Shown piece after piece: positions 10,433 through 21,263 of a stretch of 64,000 bases of DNA. Below the pieces are notes generated by a model. That model was not told where the DNA came from. It saw nothing but the letters and a program-made list of their open reading frames with translations, and made no database searches. The DNA comes from Pseudomonadota bacterium (GTDB lineage Bacteria; Pseudomonadota; Alphaproteobacteria; Rhizobiales; MH13), in assembly GCA_039814945.1 (NCBI GenBank), contig JBCCAF010000004.1:258380-322379 (forward strand), given 5' to 3'. Each line of letters starts with the position of its first letter. Position 1 is the stretch's first letter. Made by a program: the position numbers and the translations under genes.

Positions 10433-11741
10433 CGCTGTGGAAGGAGCCGCCAGATCCGCCGAAGCGCTTGACTAGCCAGCCCGCCAGCTTGCGCACCCCA
10501 AGCCCCGAACGGATTTCAAAAGCTTCAAAGGCAAAATGGCGCCGTTTCAGCCCTTTAGCGATCAGACCCTTGCGCAGCGTTTCTAGCCCGCAATAGGCTA
10601 CACGCGCCTGGCGCCAATCAACATCAACACGCTCAGCGAGACTATCGGCGGTCAGGCGCTGACATTTGCTGCTTTCAAACACATGCAGCGTGAAGCCTGA
10701 ATGGTTTTGCGCGGCCTCGCGTAACTCATCCAAATGCGCGGCATCTGACGCATCGCGAACACAGTAAACCAGGTGCACTGGCCCCTTGTGCTTCTCCAGC
10801 TCGGCGGCAAATGCGGCAAACGGCGTGATGCCAACGCCAGCGGCGATCCAAACGGAAGGCTTTTCGCCTTTGTAAGCGCGAAAGTGCCCATAGGCGCGCG
10901 AAACTTTTGCACTCTGGCCGACTGCTAGGCGTCTTGCGAAGTTGCGCGTGTCGTCACCTAAAGCCTTCACCGTAAAGCGCAGCGCGCGATCTTTTTGCGG
11001 TGCTCCGGAGATGGTGAAGGGGTGAATTTCCGAAACGCCATCATGGCCAAAGCGCACAAACGCAAACTGACCGGCCTGGTGCCCAATGCCCCTGCCCTTG
11101 GGTTCAAGCGTGACGGCAACAGAGGAGCCTTCCTTGTCGATATCGGCGATGCGATAGGCTGCCCGCCCTTGAAAGAGGCCATAAGGCAGGAGCGCGTAGA
11201 TCCAGGAAACAACACCGAGACCGCAGATGATAAGAATGCCCAGACCCACCGGATCAGTGTTGGCGATCGGTTTCATAATCAGCGCGAAGTGCGCCACCGA
11301 GGCGACGAAGAACGCCCCCATCAATTTGTGAGTCCAGCGCCAGAGATTGTAGGGGATGAACGTCACGATGGTGATGAGCACCAGCGCCACAAGGCCGTAG
11401 AGGCTCACCTCACCGAGAGTTTCTGCGAAATCGTGCAAGCGCGTTTCACGACCCAACGCTGGCAGATCGGCATCGATTGTGTCGTGGATGAGCACAGCCG
11501 CAAGCCCTCCAATGCCGAGCCATTTGTGCAGCACGTAGATGCGATCCAGCCCGCCAAAAATCATTTCCAGACCGGCCAGCCGGGTGGCAAGTATCTGCGC
11601 AAAAGCCATCGCAACCAGGGCTACGATGCCAATATATTGGCTGATGAGCGGGATCACATCGTAGCGCGCAACCAACGGAATGTAGCCGATGAGCGGCGAA
11701 AGAAGTGCGAGCACTATGATCAACAGGCCAAGTGGGCGCAT
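10410..11741 (-). CDS. Ferric reductase-like transmembrane domain + FAD/NAD(P)H-binding oxidoreductase
   Basis: TM His pairs (LHKWLG..LIH; THKLMG..AH), HPFTIS FAD motif, IAAGVGITPF NAD motif. Confidence 0.88.
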   Translation of the reverse strand: MRPLGLLIIVLALLSPLIGYIPLVARYDVIPLISQYIGIVALVAMAFAQILATRLAGLEMIFGGLDRIYVLHKWLGIGGLAAVLIHDTIDADLPALGRETRLHDFAETLGEVSLYGLVALVLITIVTFIPYNLWRWTHKLMGAFFVASVAHFALIMKPIANTDPVGLGILIICGLGVVSWIYALLPYGLFQGRAAYRIADIDKEGSSVAVTLEPKGRGIGHQAGQFAFVRFGHDGVSEIHPFTISGAPQKDRALRFTVKALGDDTRNFARRLAVGQSAKVSRAYGHFRAYKGEKPSVWIAAGVGITPFAAFAAELEKHKGPVHLVYCVRDASDAAHLDELREAAQNHSGFTLHVFESSKCQRLTADSLAERVDVDWRQARVAYCGLETLRKGLIAKGLKRRHFAFEAFEIRSGLGVRKLAGWLVKRFGGSGGSFHSAIQLARR

Positions 11742-11783
11742 TGTTTTGATCCTTTAAAAAGGTCGATCGATGGGGTGTTTGAG

Positions 11784-12299
11784 CTAGCTGGTCGCTAGAC
11801 CATCGGCCATGAGTTCTTCGATGAAGACGCTCAGCAGTTGCGGACGTCCGGTGACACCGGCCTTACGATAGACAGCATTGCACTGCGCTTTGATCGTGCC
11901 GTCCCTCGTCTCACGAAGCCGCGCCATATCGGCAATCGAGAGGCCTTTGATGGCCATTAACGCCACATCCCTTTCTGAAGGCGTCAGCGCCCAGGCATCG
12001 AAGTGAGCTTCAAGAAGTTCGGCAAATGCGCCAGAGGCAATCTGCATTTGCTGTTCCAATCGTTTTTGCCGATCCAGCAGCGCAAAAAGCTGCCGACCGG
12101 TGAAAAGGAGACTGACGACCAAAACGCCGGTGATGAGATACTCCATCACGTCGGACTCGCCCCAATGGGCCAGGCTTTGGTTCCCGATAAGGTCACCCAC
12201 TGCATCGAGCCCAAAGAACAGCGCGCACATGGCCTGCAGAACAAAGAGAATCCACAGGCCCGGATTTTGGCGAATGAGCGTATAAAAGTCGGTTGGCAT
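11784..12299 (-). CDS. Membrane-anchored LuxR-type HTH transcriptional regulator
   Basis: Two N-terminal hydrophobic helices; LTPSERDVALMAIKGLSIADMA...GTIKAQCNAVYRKAGV HTH. Confidence 0.87.
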   Translation of the reverse strand: MPTDFYTLIRQNPGLWILFVLQAMCALFFGLDAVGDLIGNQSLAHWGESDVMEYLITGVLVVSLLFTGRQLFALLDRQKRLEQQMQIASGAFAELLEAHFDAWALTPSERDVALMAIKGLSIADMARLRETRDGTIKAQCNAVYRKAGVTGRPQLLSVFIEELMADGLATS

Positions 12300-12320
12300 C
12301 AGTATTTCCGTTGCAGGTGA

Positions 12321-12348
12321 ACCGGCTGCACTGGTGAACGCAGCCGGT
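12321..12348 (-). other. Intergenic stem-loop between PepSY and luxR genes
   Basis: Perfect 9-bp inverted repeat ACCGGCTGC/GCAGCCGGT; no U-tract. Confidence 0.5.
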
Positions 12349-12357
12349 CGTTAGAGC

Positions 12358-12666
12358 TTAGTTGCCCATATCCTCGTCATCATCATCCTCATCGTCGTCC
12401 TCTTCGAGTTCGACCGAGAGGATCATGCCGGTTTCTGGCGAAATCTCCAACTCAAGAAGCTGCCCATCGGTCAGGACGACTGCTTCCAGCTCATCGTTTT
12501 CAGCCTCGATTTCGCGCACCTCATAGCCTGCATTAGCGAGGTTGTTCATGACCTCCTCCAAATTGGTGCCGACAGCATCGCTAACGGTCGGCGCCGCAAG
12601 CGCGACAACGGGGGCAATGAGAACTCCGGCAGAGGCGGCGATCAGCGTTTTCTTCAACAGGGTCAT
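12358..12666 (-). CDS. Secreted PepSY-domain protein with acidic tail
   Basis: Signal peptide MTLLKKTLIAASAGVLIAPVVALA; LANAGYEVREIEAENDELEA...LEISPETGMIL; GAAAGGA SD upstream. Confidence 0.82.
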   Translation of the reverse strand: MTLLKKTLIAASAGVLIAPVVALAAPTVSDAVGTNLEEVMNNLANAGYEVREIEAENDELEAVVLTDGQLLELEISPETGMILSVELEEDDDEDDDDEDMGN

Positions 12667-12921
12667 TTTCAAAGTTCCTTTCAACAACACGCCGGGCGGG
12701 GGTGCCCGTCGCTGTCCAGGAAGTGGGCTGTGCCTGTCGCGGTTCCCATTGCGCTGAGGTTGATCCTTGGCACAATAAACTTGGGTTTATGGCCCGGTTT
12801 GCTGGGGTTTTGAGGTTGGGCACCCTAGGGAAAGGCTGTTTTTCCTCAAGCAGCGCGATGACGGCAGCAAGGAGTGTGCTACGCCTGCCTCAACACTGAT
12901 TTGGATGTCTGGGAGCAAACG

Positions 12922-15246
12922 ATGGATGAAGATACGCCGGTGAAAGCCGATAGCGCGCAGAGCGACAAGGATCAGCTCAGCCAAGCGGCGCTGTTTTATC
13001 ACGAGTATCCTCGGCCCGGTAAGCTTCAGATTTCAGCCACCAAACCACTTGGCAACCAGCGTGACTTGGCGCTCGCCTATTCTCCCGGCGTTGCGGCTCC
13101 CTGCCTTGAAATTGAAAAAGACCCGCTAACAGCAGCCAAATACACCGCGCGCTCCAACCTTGTGGGCGTTATCTCCAACGGCACGGCGGTTCTCGGCCTG
13201 GGCGCTATTGGTGCGCTGGCCTCAAAGCCGGTGATGGAGGGCAAAGCGGTCCTGTTCAAGAAATTCGCAGGGATCGATGTTTTTGACATTGAGGTGGATG
13301 AGCTCGATCCGCAGAAATTCATCGACACCGTAGCCGCTCTCGAGCCAACGTTCGGCGGCATCAACCTAGAGGATATCAAGGCGCCAGAGTGCTTCATCAT
13401 CGAGGAAGCGCTGAAAGCCCGAATGGACATTCCGGTTTTCCATGACGATCAGCACGGCACGGCCATCATCGTCTCGGCGGCCGTGCGCAACGCGCTGGAA
13501 CTCTCGGGCAAAGACATCAAACAGATCAAGCTGGTCACGGCCGGCGCTGGTGCCGCGGCGCTTGCCTGTCTGGGATTGCTGGAAGAAGCTGGCCTGCCGC
13601 GCGAGAACATCTGGATCACCGATCTTGAAGGCTGTGTCTACGAAGGCCGCAAGGAACTGATGGACCCGTACAAGGATCGCTACGCTCAGGCGACGGACCT
13701 ACGCACGCTTGGTCAGGTCATTGAAGGTGCGGACGTTTTCCTCGGACTTTCGGCTGGCGGTGTTCTGAAAGCAGAGATGCTGGAGAAGATGGCCGACAAC
13801 CCGCTGATTATGGCGCTGGCGAACCCGAACCCAGAAATTGATCCACAGTCGGCTCGCGACGTTCGCCCTGATGCGATCATCTGCACCGGGCGTTCGGATT
13901 ACCCCAACCAGGTGAACAATGTTCTGTGCTTCCCCTACATTTTCCGAGGTGCTTTGGACGTTGGTGCGCGCACCATCAACACAGAAATGAAGCTTGCGGC
14001 GGTGGAAGCCATTGCGGCGCTGGCGCGCGAAGAGCCGTCAGAGGTCGCTGCACGCGCTTATGGTGGGCAGTCGTCAACCTTTGGCCCAGAGTTTTTGATC
14101 CCCTCGCCTTTTGACAACCGGTTGATCCTGCGGATTGCTCCGGCGGTGGCCAAAGCGGCGATGGAGACTGGCGTCGCTAACCAGCCGATCGCCGATTTCG
14201 ATGCCTATATGGATCGGCTGAACCGCTTCGTGTTCCGCTCCGGCCTCATCATGAAGCCGGTGATCGCGCAGGCCAAAGCTAATCCCAAACGCGTCATCTA
14301 CGCCGAGGGCGAGGATGAACGCTCGCTGCGGGCGGCTCAAATTGCGATGGAAGACGGTATCGATGTGCCGATCCTGATCGGTCGCCCCACGGTGATGCTC
14401 GACCGGGCCAAACGCTTTGGGCTCAAGCTGAAGCCGGGCGTGGACTGTGAGATCATCAACCCAGAAGATGATCCACGCTACCGCGACTATGTGGATGCCT
14501 ACTTTGAGAGTGTTGGTCGCTCTGGCATCACGCCGGATGCGGCGCGCACCGTGGTGCGCACCAACACCACCGTCATCGGTGCCGTTGCGGTGAAGTTGGG
14601 CGATGCAGATGCCCTGCTATGCGGACTGCAAGGCGGATTTTCCGGCCATATCGGCCATGTGCACGATATTCTTGGCACCAGTCCTGGTGTTGCGGACTAC
14701 TCTACCCTGTCACTGCTCATTATGGACCAGGGCGGTTATTTCATGACCGACACCTATGTGAGCTACGACCCACCAGCACGCGAGATTGCCGAAACCACCA
14801 TCCGCGCCGCGCACCACATTCGCCGCTTCGGCATCGAGCCGAAGGCCGCCTTGGTCTCGCACTCCAATTTCGGCTCACGCCCAACGCCATCTGCGCTGAA
14901 AATGCGCGAAGCTTTTCAGATTTTGCAGGATTCAAGCATCGATTTCGAATGTGATGGGGAGATGCACGCCGATGTGGCACTCAGCCAAGTTCTGCGAGAT
15001 CGTGTGATGCCCGACAGCCATTTGAAAGGCGAAGCCAATTTGCTGGTGCTGCCCAATCTGGATGCTGCCAACATCGCGCTCAACATGACAAAAGTGCTTG
15101 GTGAAGCGTTGCACGTCGGCCCAATCCTGATCGGCCCATCCAAGCCCGCGCACGTGCTGACCCCATCAGTGACCAGCCGCGGCGTGGTGAACATGACGGC
15201 CCTTGCCAGCGTTGATGCACAGGTTGGCGTGGATGGTGCCGGTTAG
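12922..15246 (+). CDS. maeB: NAD(P)-dependent malic enzyme with C-terminal phosphotransacetylase-like domain
   Basis: [46 protein letters not shown]-like domain ([15 protein letters not shown]); start ATG 12922 after GGAG. Confidence 0.95.
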   Translation: MDEDTPVKADSAQSDKDQLSQAALFYHEYPRPGKLQISATKPLGNQRDLALAYSPGVAAPCLEIEKDPLTAAKYTARSNLVGVISNGTAVLGLGAIGALASKPVMEGKAVLFKKFAGIDVFDIEVDELDPQKFIDTVAALEPTFGGINLEDIKAPECFIIEEALKARMDIPVFHDDQHGTAIIVSAAVRNALELSGKDIKQIKLVTAGAGAAALACLGLLEEAGLPRENIWITDLEGCVYEGRKELMDPYKDRYAQATDLRTLGQVIEGADVFLGLSAGGVLKAEMLEKMADNPLIMALANPNPEIDPQSARDVRPDAIICTGRSDYPNQVNNVLCFPYIFRGALDVGARTINTEMKLAAVEAIAALAREEPSEVAARAYGGQSSTFGPEFLIPSPFDNRLILRIAPAVAKAAMETGVANQPIADFDAYMDRLNRFVFRSGLIMKPVIAQAKANPKRVIYAEGEDERSLRAAQIAMEDGIDVPILIGRPTVMLDRAKRFGLKLKPGVDCEIINPEDDPRYRDYVDAYFESVGRSGITPDAARTVVRTNTTVIGAVAVKLGDADALLCGLQGGFSGHIGHVHDILGTSPGVADYSTLSLLIMDQGGYFMTDTYVSYDPPAREIAETTIRAAHHIRRFGIEPKAALVSHSNFGSRPTPSALKMREAFQILQDSSIDFECDGEMHADVALSQVLRDRVMPDSHLKGEANLLVLPNLDAANIALNMTKVLGEALHVGPILIGPSKPAHVLTPSVTSRGVVNMTALASVDAQVGVDGAG

Positions 15247-15971
15247 ACCAGCCGTGCGATGATCGGCACAAGGATAGCAGTGACCAGGCCATTGAAGGCC
15301 ATCGCGATACCCGCGAACAGACCTGCCACCGGGTTCACCTGAAAGGCGCGCGCTGCACCGATGCCATGGGCCGCCACACCGGCGGCAAAGCCTCGCGCGG
15401 CAGGATCTTTGATGTGCAGGGCGTTCATCGCCGGCGTGACCATGATCGCGCCGAGAATACCGGTCATGATAACGAAGACCGCTGTCAGCGATGCAATGCC
15501 GCCGAACTCCACCGAAATGCCCATGGCGATAGGCGTGGTCACTGATTTGGGCACCAAAGACCAAAGCACCGGCCCGTCGATCCCAAACAGGACCGCCAGT
15601 GTGTAAACGCTGGCAACAGCCGTCACTGCGCCGGCCATAAGCGCCGCGAAGATGGCCACCACATGCCGCTTTACCTCCGGCCAATTGGCGACCAGTGGAA
15701 CAGCAAGCGAAACCGTCGCCGGGCCGAGCAGAAAATGCACAAACTGGGCGCCAGAAAAGTACGTGGTGTAGTTGGTGGAGGTGAGCAGCAACACGCCGGC
15801 AACACAGCCTGCGGCGAGCACAACCGGGTTGGCCAACGGATGGCGATTTGCGCGTTTGGAAAGCCCGTCACCGATGGCATAGGCGACAACGGTCACCGTT
15901 AGCCACAGCAGCGGCGTCGCTTCCAGAAAAACCCAAAGCTCAACAAACTCTTCGACCGGCAGAGCGTCCAT
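15243..15971 (-). CDS. LrgB/CidB family membrane protein
   Basis: LLGPATVSLAVPL, PKSVTTPIAM, AHGIGAARA. Confidence 0.92.
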   Translation of the reverse strand: MDALPVEEFVELWVFLEATPLLWLTVTVVAYAIGDGLSKRANRHPLANPVVLAAGCVAGVLLLTSTNYTTYFSGAQFVHFLLGPATVSLAVPLVANWPEVKRHVVAIFAALMAGAVTAVASVYTLAVLFGIDGPVLWSLVPKSVTTPIAMGISVEFGGIASLTAVFVIMTGILGAIMVTPAMNALHIKDPAARGFAAGVAAHGIGAARAFQVNPVAGLFAGIAMAFNGLVTAILVPIIARLV

Positions 15972-16340
15972 CTAACTGACCTCGTCCGACGCGTTGGCAG
16001 ACCCCATCCATCGGTCCACCAGAACGAACACGGTAGCGGTGACAATAAGCGTCAAAAGTGTCGATAGGCTGAGCGCCAAGATGAGCGGCCAGAAATCGTT
16101 GGCGAACACACCCAGGTGTTGGATCAGGCCAACAGCAGCTGGAACAAACAGCAATGAAAGATGGCCGAGCAGCGTGTTGGCCAGGGGCTCAACAACTTTC
16201 CGCAGACTGGGCAAAACCGCCAACAACACTGCCAGCAGCACCAACCCGATTACTGGGCCTGGAACACTGAACCCAGCAATGCGAGCAATGCCCTCACCTG
16301 TTAATTGCATGCCCAAAACAAGGGCGATAGCGTGGATCAT
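15972..16340 (-). CDS. CidA/LrgA family holin-like protein
   Basis: QLTGE, PGPVIGLVLL, HLSLLFVPAAVG; directly upstream of lrgB. Confidence 0.9.
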   Translation of the reverse strand: MIHAIALVLGMQLTGEGIARIAGFSVPGPVIGLVLLAVLLAVLPSLRKVVEPLANTLLGHLSLLFVPAAVGLIQHLGVFANDFWPLILALSLSTLLTLIVTATVFVLVDRWMGSANASDEVS

Positions 16341-16416
16341 CGAGGACTCCAAGGAAACAATGCGTTGGACGGCGACCCCAATAGCGCACCGATCGGCTGG
16401 ACCCAACGTCTATTTG

Positions 16417-18120
16417 CTAGGCAGCGTTGGCTTCCTCATTTGCTTGTTCAGCTGGCTTGGCCTCGTCTTCGGCCTCAATCTCGGCCTTGGCCTCGTCAAT
16501 TTGCTCAGTTGCGGCACGAATTGTAGCGGCCTTGCGCTTGGCTTCCTGTGCCCGGTTGGACGCGAGCTTACCGGTTTCAGCCACGCCCAGTTTTTTGACC
16601 AAGGCCAAATACTGGTTGGCCGGCAGCGCCGGAGCAAACAAGAAGCCCTGAGCCTGGCGGATGCCATAGCGACGCAAGTGCGCGACTTGTTCGATGCGCT
16701 CAACGCCCTCGGCCACCACATCCATATCCAGCTCATGTGCCAGATCGGTCAGTGTGTGCGTGATTGACTCACCAGTTCGGCTCTTACCAAGCTGGTCGAT
16801 AAACATCTTGTCGATCTTCACGATATCCAACCCAAGCTCTTGCAGGTAAGCTAGACCGCCATGGCCCGTTCCCGCATCATCCAGCGCCAATCGGCAGCCA
16901 AGCCGTTGCAGCTTGCGCATGATAACTTTGGCTTGGGCCAAGCTCTCCAGCGGTGCGCGCTCGGTGATTTCCAGAACCACTTGATTGTAGGCAATCGTTG
17001 AAGGGCCGAAGATATCTTCCAGATCGTGAATGATATCCAGATCGGTGAAATGTTGATTGAAGAGATTGATCGCCACCTTCAAACCGGGGCGCTCTGCATA
17101 GTCTTTCTGAAGATCCTCAACGACCGTTTGCATGAGATGGCGCGTCATAGGGATGGCAAGACCGGTTTGTTCGGCCAAACCAATAAAGGCACCGGGCGAG
17201 ACGGTTGTCCCATCCGGTTTGACCCACCGCACAAGCACCTCACAACCCACCAACTTGCCGCTGTCGATATCGATAACCGGCTGATAAAATGGTACAAATT
17301 CGCCGTGATTGATGGCCCGTTCAATCTGATTCACCCGGGCCGGCGTGTGGTGAATAAGGCGGGTGATAAGGATGACGATCAACGCGCCAATGATGATCGA
17401 TCCAACCATGGCCCAGTTGCGGATGGGCGCTAAGCTTGCCTCGACAAGGTTGCGATCAATCGACACCTGAAGCCGCATGGAACCACCGGCCAGCGGCAAG
17501 GATTTTGCTTCAATATCGGCCCGGCTGGCACCTTCATAAGTGGTTGCGTCGCGCGAGAAGAGCACGGTGTCGCCGAGCGACAGAGTAACACCGGTTGTTG
17601 CTTCGGCTGGATCGAAGAAATGCGGAAGCATCTGGCGCGGAACAAACACAGCGTGCAGAGCAGTCTCGGTCCTAAGTTCCAAAAGAATCCCGGTCAAGCG
17701 GGTGTCGAGGATACGCACTTGAGCAAGTGTAACGGCGTCTTCGAACACCGGCGTGGGTTCACGGAACAGTTGGAATGCCTCTGCGCCCAAATCCGGTGAT
17801 ATGCAAAGGATCTGGCGATCAAAATCGAGCATCGCAATGGCGGAAATCGCAGGCGTCTCGAGCGTTACTGCTTGCATCCGTGCGATATCGAGGTTGCTGC
17901 AGCCACTGCCGGCTGCATCAGCAAGCCGCTCCAATTGGTCCGTTAGCGCCAAAAACTCCGCTTCCACGCTTTGGCTGGCCAGTGTTGCTTGACGATCAAG
18001 GTGCTCATCGGCGCTCAGTTCAGCTCGCTTGCCAGTAAGCCAATGGGTTCCAAGGACCGGAGCAAGGGCTAGAATGCAACCGAATGCAAAAAGACAAAGT
18101 TGGCGAACATCAAACTTCAA
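16417..18120 (-). CDS. Membrane EAL-domain protein with CSS-motif-like periplasmic domain (start uncertain)
   Basis: TM, periplasmic region with two Cys, TM, then EVLVRW, EITER, DDAGTGHGGL, KIDK, VAEGVE. Confidence 0.85.
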   Translation of the reverse strand: MKFDVRQLCLFAFGCILALAPVLGTHWLTGKRAELSADEHLDRQATLASQSVEAEFLALTDQLERLADAAGSGCSNLDIARMQAVTLETPAISAIAMLDFDRQILCISPDLGAEAFQLFREPTPVFEDAVTLAQVRILDTRLTGILLELRTETALHAVFVPRQMLPHFFDPAEATTGVTLSLGDTVLFSRDATTYEGASRADIEAKSLPLAGGSMRLQVSIDRNLVEASLAPIRNWAMVGSIIIGALIVILITRLIHHTPARVNQIERAINHGEFVPFYQPVIDIDSGKLVGCEVLVRWVKPDGTTVSPGAFIGLAEQTGLAIPMTRHLMQTVVEDLQKDYAERPGLKVAINLFNQHFTDLDIIHDLEDIFGPSTIAYNQVVLEITERAPLESLAQAKVIMRKLQRLGCRLALDDAGTGHGGLAYLQELGLDIVKIDKMFIDQLGKSRTGESITHTLTDLAHELDMDVVAEGVERIEQVAHLRRYGIRQAQGFLFAPALPANQYLALVKKLGVAETGKLASNRAQEAKRKAATIRAATEQIDEAKAEIEAEDEAKPAEQANEEANAA

Positions 18121-18388
18121 AGGGAACCTTTGGGCTTTGCGCCACACTTTCTGGTGCAAACGGGGGGCGAGGCACGCACGAGGTGCCGACAGGGGCAACT
18201 TGCATTGATGCACTTGCCATCTGGTAAACAAGGCGCACCCAATTGCACGAACCATGTCCATCCTCTGGCAGGATTGCAAACTTTCAAAGTATCGTGCGAC
18301 ATCAATCACATCGGACGCCAGTTGCTCTGCGCTTCGTTAAGTGCCATGCAACGCAACGACCAACAGACCCCTGCACATGGAGCTGCTC

Positions 18389-19285
18389 ATGGAAGCGCTT
18401 TTCATCGGCCACGCCTATATCGATGTAACCTTTCTTACAGACACGCTTCCCACGGGCGACGATAAGACGATTGCCGATGATTATGCGGTGTCTTACGGTG
18501 GCAACGCGGTAACGGCTGCCTTTGCAGCGGCCAAGCTTGGCGTTCGCCCTGATCTGCTGTGCACATCCGGCGATGATTGGCTGTCGTTGATGTTCCGCGA
18601 AATGGCGCGCTCTTCAGGTGTACGTATTCACGAGCGCAAAGTGTCGGAAGCCTCCCTGTCGTTCATCATGCCCAAAGATGGCAAGCGGGCCATCGTGCGC
18701 TGCCGCGATGATGCCTATCTGCATCCGTTTCCCAGTCTCAATCTGGATGGCTGCAAGGTCCTGCATGTCGATGGTCACCAAGGTGATGCCGCCCTGCACT
18801 ACGCCAAGGCTTGCCGCGAACGCGGTATTGCAACCTCCTTGGACGGGGGCGCAGTGCGCGAGAACACCGATGAACTGCTGAAATACATTGATGTTGCGGT
18901 GGTGTCAGAGCTGTTCTGCGAGACCTGGGGTTTGGAGCCGAAAGATGCGCTTGAGAAGCTGAAAACCTATGGCTGCCGCGTTGGCGCTGTGACCATGGGC
19001 GCAGACGGTGTCATTTTCTATAGCCAGGATGGCGAGCACCAGCATGTTAACGCCTTGCCCGTTCCGATGGACCGCATTGTCGACACCAACGGCGCTGGCG
19101 ACATTTTCCATGGCGCGTACATCGTCTCAATGCTGCAATTCCCCAGCCGAACCTGGACAGAGCATTTCCGCTTCGCACGCGCAGCGTCAGCTTACGCCAT
19201 CCAGCATCTGGGCAATGAAGACAGCGTGCCGACGCACGAGAACATCGACGTTACGCGCAAAGAATTTGAGCGCATTTCTGTTTAG
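18389..19285 (+). CDS. PfkB-family carbohydrate kinase
   Basis: GGNAVTAA, DTNGAGDIFHGA PfkB signature; GGAG SD before ATG 18389. Confidence 0.92.
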   Translation: MEALFIGHAYIDVTFLTDTLPTGDDKTIADDYAVSYGGNAVTAAFAAAKLGVRPDLLCTSGDDWLSLMFREMARSSGVRIHERKVSEASLSFIMPKDGKRAIVRCRDDAYLHPFPSLNLDGCKVLHVDGHQGDAALHYAKACRERGIATSLDGGAVRENTDELLKYIDVAVVSELFCETWGLEPKDALEKLKTYGCRVGAVTMGADGVIFYSQDGEHQHVNALPVPMDRIVDTNGAGDIFHGAYIVSMLQFPSRTWTEHFRFARAASAYAIQHLGNEDSVPTHENIDVTRKEFERISV

Positions 19286-19295
19286 GGCAGGCCGC

Positions 19296-21116
19296 TTAGC
19301 TGGTTGCAGGTGGCGGATTGACTCGAATGTTCAGCTCGCGCAGCTGCTCTGCTGGGGCTGTTGCAGGTGAGCCCATCATTAGATCCACCGCTTGCTGGTT
19401 CATCGGGAACAGCGCCACTTCACGCACCGACTTGGCACCACAAAGCAGCATCACGATGCGATCGACGCCTGCTGCCATACCGCCATGGGGTGGCGCGCCA
19501 TATTGGAACGCACGGTAAAGGCCGCCGAACTGCTCTTCGACCTCTTCGCGGGTTTTGCCAGTGATCTCAAAGGCTTTGACCATGACGTCAGGCAATTGGT
19601 TACGGATTGAGCCAGAGGCAATTTCATAGCCGTTGCAGACCAAATCGTACTGGTAAGCTTTCAAGTTGATGAGGGCATCATCGCCGGTGACTTGCGCAGC
19701 TTCCAACGCTTCGAAACCACCTTGTGGCATGGAGAAAGGGTTGTGCGAGAAATCAACGCGTTTGTTCTCTTCGTCCCACTCGTAGAATGGGAAATCGACG
19801 ATCCAACAAAGCTCGTAGCGATCTTCGTCCACCAGCTTCAATTCGGTGCCAACCTGAATGCGCGCGTTGCCCGCAAAGGTGGCAAACGTTTTGGGATTGC
19901 CTGCCACGAAGAACGCGGCATCGCCTGCTTCCAAACCCAGTTGCTGGCGGATGGCTTCGGTGCGCTCTGGCCCAATGTTTTTTGCAAGCGGTCCAGCGCC
20001 AGCAACTGCGCCCTCTTCTTCACGCCAGAAAATGTAGCCAAGGCCAGGCTGACCTTCACCTTGCGCCCAACTGTTCATACGGTCGCAAAAGGCTCGCGAT
20101 CCGCCGGTTTTGGCAGGGATCGCCCAAACAGCGTTGGCGTCATCTTCCAGCATGCGAGCAAAGACCTTGAAACCCGAGCCACGGAAGTGTTCTGACGCGT
20201 CCTGCATCTCAATCGGGTTGCGCAGATCAGGTTTGTCGGTGCCGTAGAGACGGATCGCATCGGCATACGGGATGCGGCGGAACGTCTGCGAGACCGGCTT
20301 GTCCTCGGCATAGGCTTCGAACACATCGCGCAGGATTGGCTCCATCGTGTCCCAGACTTCTTCCTGAGTGACGAAGCTCATTTCCACATCAAGCTGGTAG
20401 AATTCGCCAGGCAGGCGGTCAGCGCGTGGGTCCTCATCACGGAAACAAGGCGCGATCTGGAAGTAGCGATCAAAGCCCGCCACCATCAACAGCTGCTTGT
20501 ACTGCTGTGGGGCCTGCGGCAGCGCATAGAACTGGCCGTGATGAATGCGGCTTGGCACCAAGAAGTCGCGCGCGCCCTCTGGTGACGAGGCGGTCAAGAT
20601 CGGCGTCTGGAATTCGTTGAAGCCCGCATCTTCCATGCGGCGGCGCATATCGCGCACCACTTGGGTGCGTGTCATGATGTTGGCGTGAAGTGTCTCGCGG
20701 CGCAGATCAAGGAAGCGGTAGCGCAGGCGTGTATCCTCTGGAAACTCCGGCTCGCCAAACACCTGCAAGGGCAACTCAGCGGAGGGGCCAAGTACTTCGA
20801 TGTCTGTGGCGAACACTTCGATCTCGCCGGTCGGCAAACTATCATTGACGGTCTCGGGCGTGCGCGCCTTCACTTTGCCATCGATGCGCAAACACCATTC
20901 AGAACGCACGGTCTCGGCCAGTGAGAAAGCGGGTGAGTCCGGATCGATAACGATCTGGGTCATGCCATAGTGATCACGAAAATCGATAAAAAGCAGACCG
21001 CCATGATCGCGCACACGGTGCACCCAGCCGGAAAGGCGTGCGGTGTTGCCCACATCCTCGGCGCGCAGAGCGCCACAGGTGTGCGAGCGGTAGCGATGCA
21101 GACCATTGTCCGACAT
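19296..21116 (-). CDS. aspS: Aspartate-tRNA ligase, probably non-discriminating (Asp/Asn)
   Basis: [31 protein letters not shown]; RDHGG rather than RDLGG is the known ND-type His signature. Confidence 0.96.
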   Translation of the reverse strand: MSDNGLHRYRSHTCGALRAEDVGNTARLSGWVHRVRDHGGLLFIDFRDHYGMTQIVIDPDSPAFSLAETVRSEWCLRIDGKVKARTPETVNDSLPTGEIEVFATDIEVLGPSAELPLQVFGEPEFPEDTRLRYRFLDLRRETLHANIMTRTQVVRDMRRRMEDAGFNEFQTPILTASSPEGARDFLVPSRIHHGQFYALPQAPQQYKQLLMVAGFDRYFQIAPCFRDEDPRADRLPGEFYQLDVEMSFVTQEEVWDTMEPILRDVFEAYAEDKPVSQTFRRIPYADAIRLYGTDKPDLRNPIEMQDASEHFRGSGFKVFARMLEDDANAVWAIPAKTGGSRAFCDRMNSWAQGEGQPGLGYIFWREEEGAVAGAGPLAKNIGPERTEAIRQQLGLEAGDAAFFVAGNPKTFATFAGNARIQVGTELKLVDEDRYELCWIVDFPFYEWDEENKRVDFSHNPFSMPQGGFEALEAAQVTGDDALINLKAYQYDLVCNGYEIASGSIRNQLPDVMVKAFEITGKTREEVEEQFGGLYRAFQYGAPPHGGMAAGVDRIVMLLCGAKSVREVALFPMNQQAVDLMMGSPATAPAEQLRELNIRVNPPPATS

Positions 21117-21263
21117 GAAAATCATCCTCGAAGGCAAAAAGAAAAAGCGCAAACGAGCCGTTTGCGTGGTTGGGCAGCGGCTTAGCGCCGTTGGCGCTGG
21201 TGCGTCAACCATGGGAAGGCTACCGCATCGCCATCGACGACCAAAGCAGCTAAGACGGCAGCT

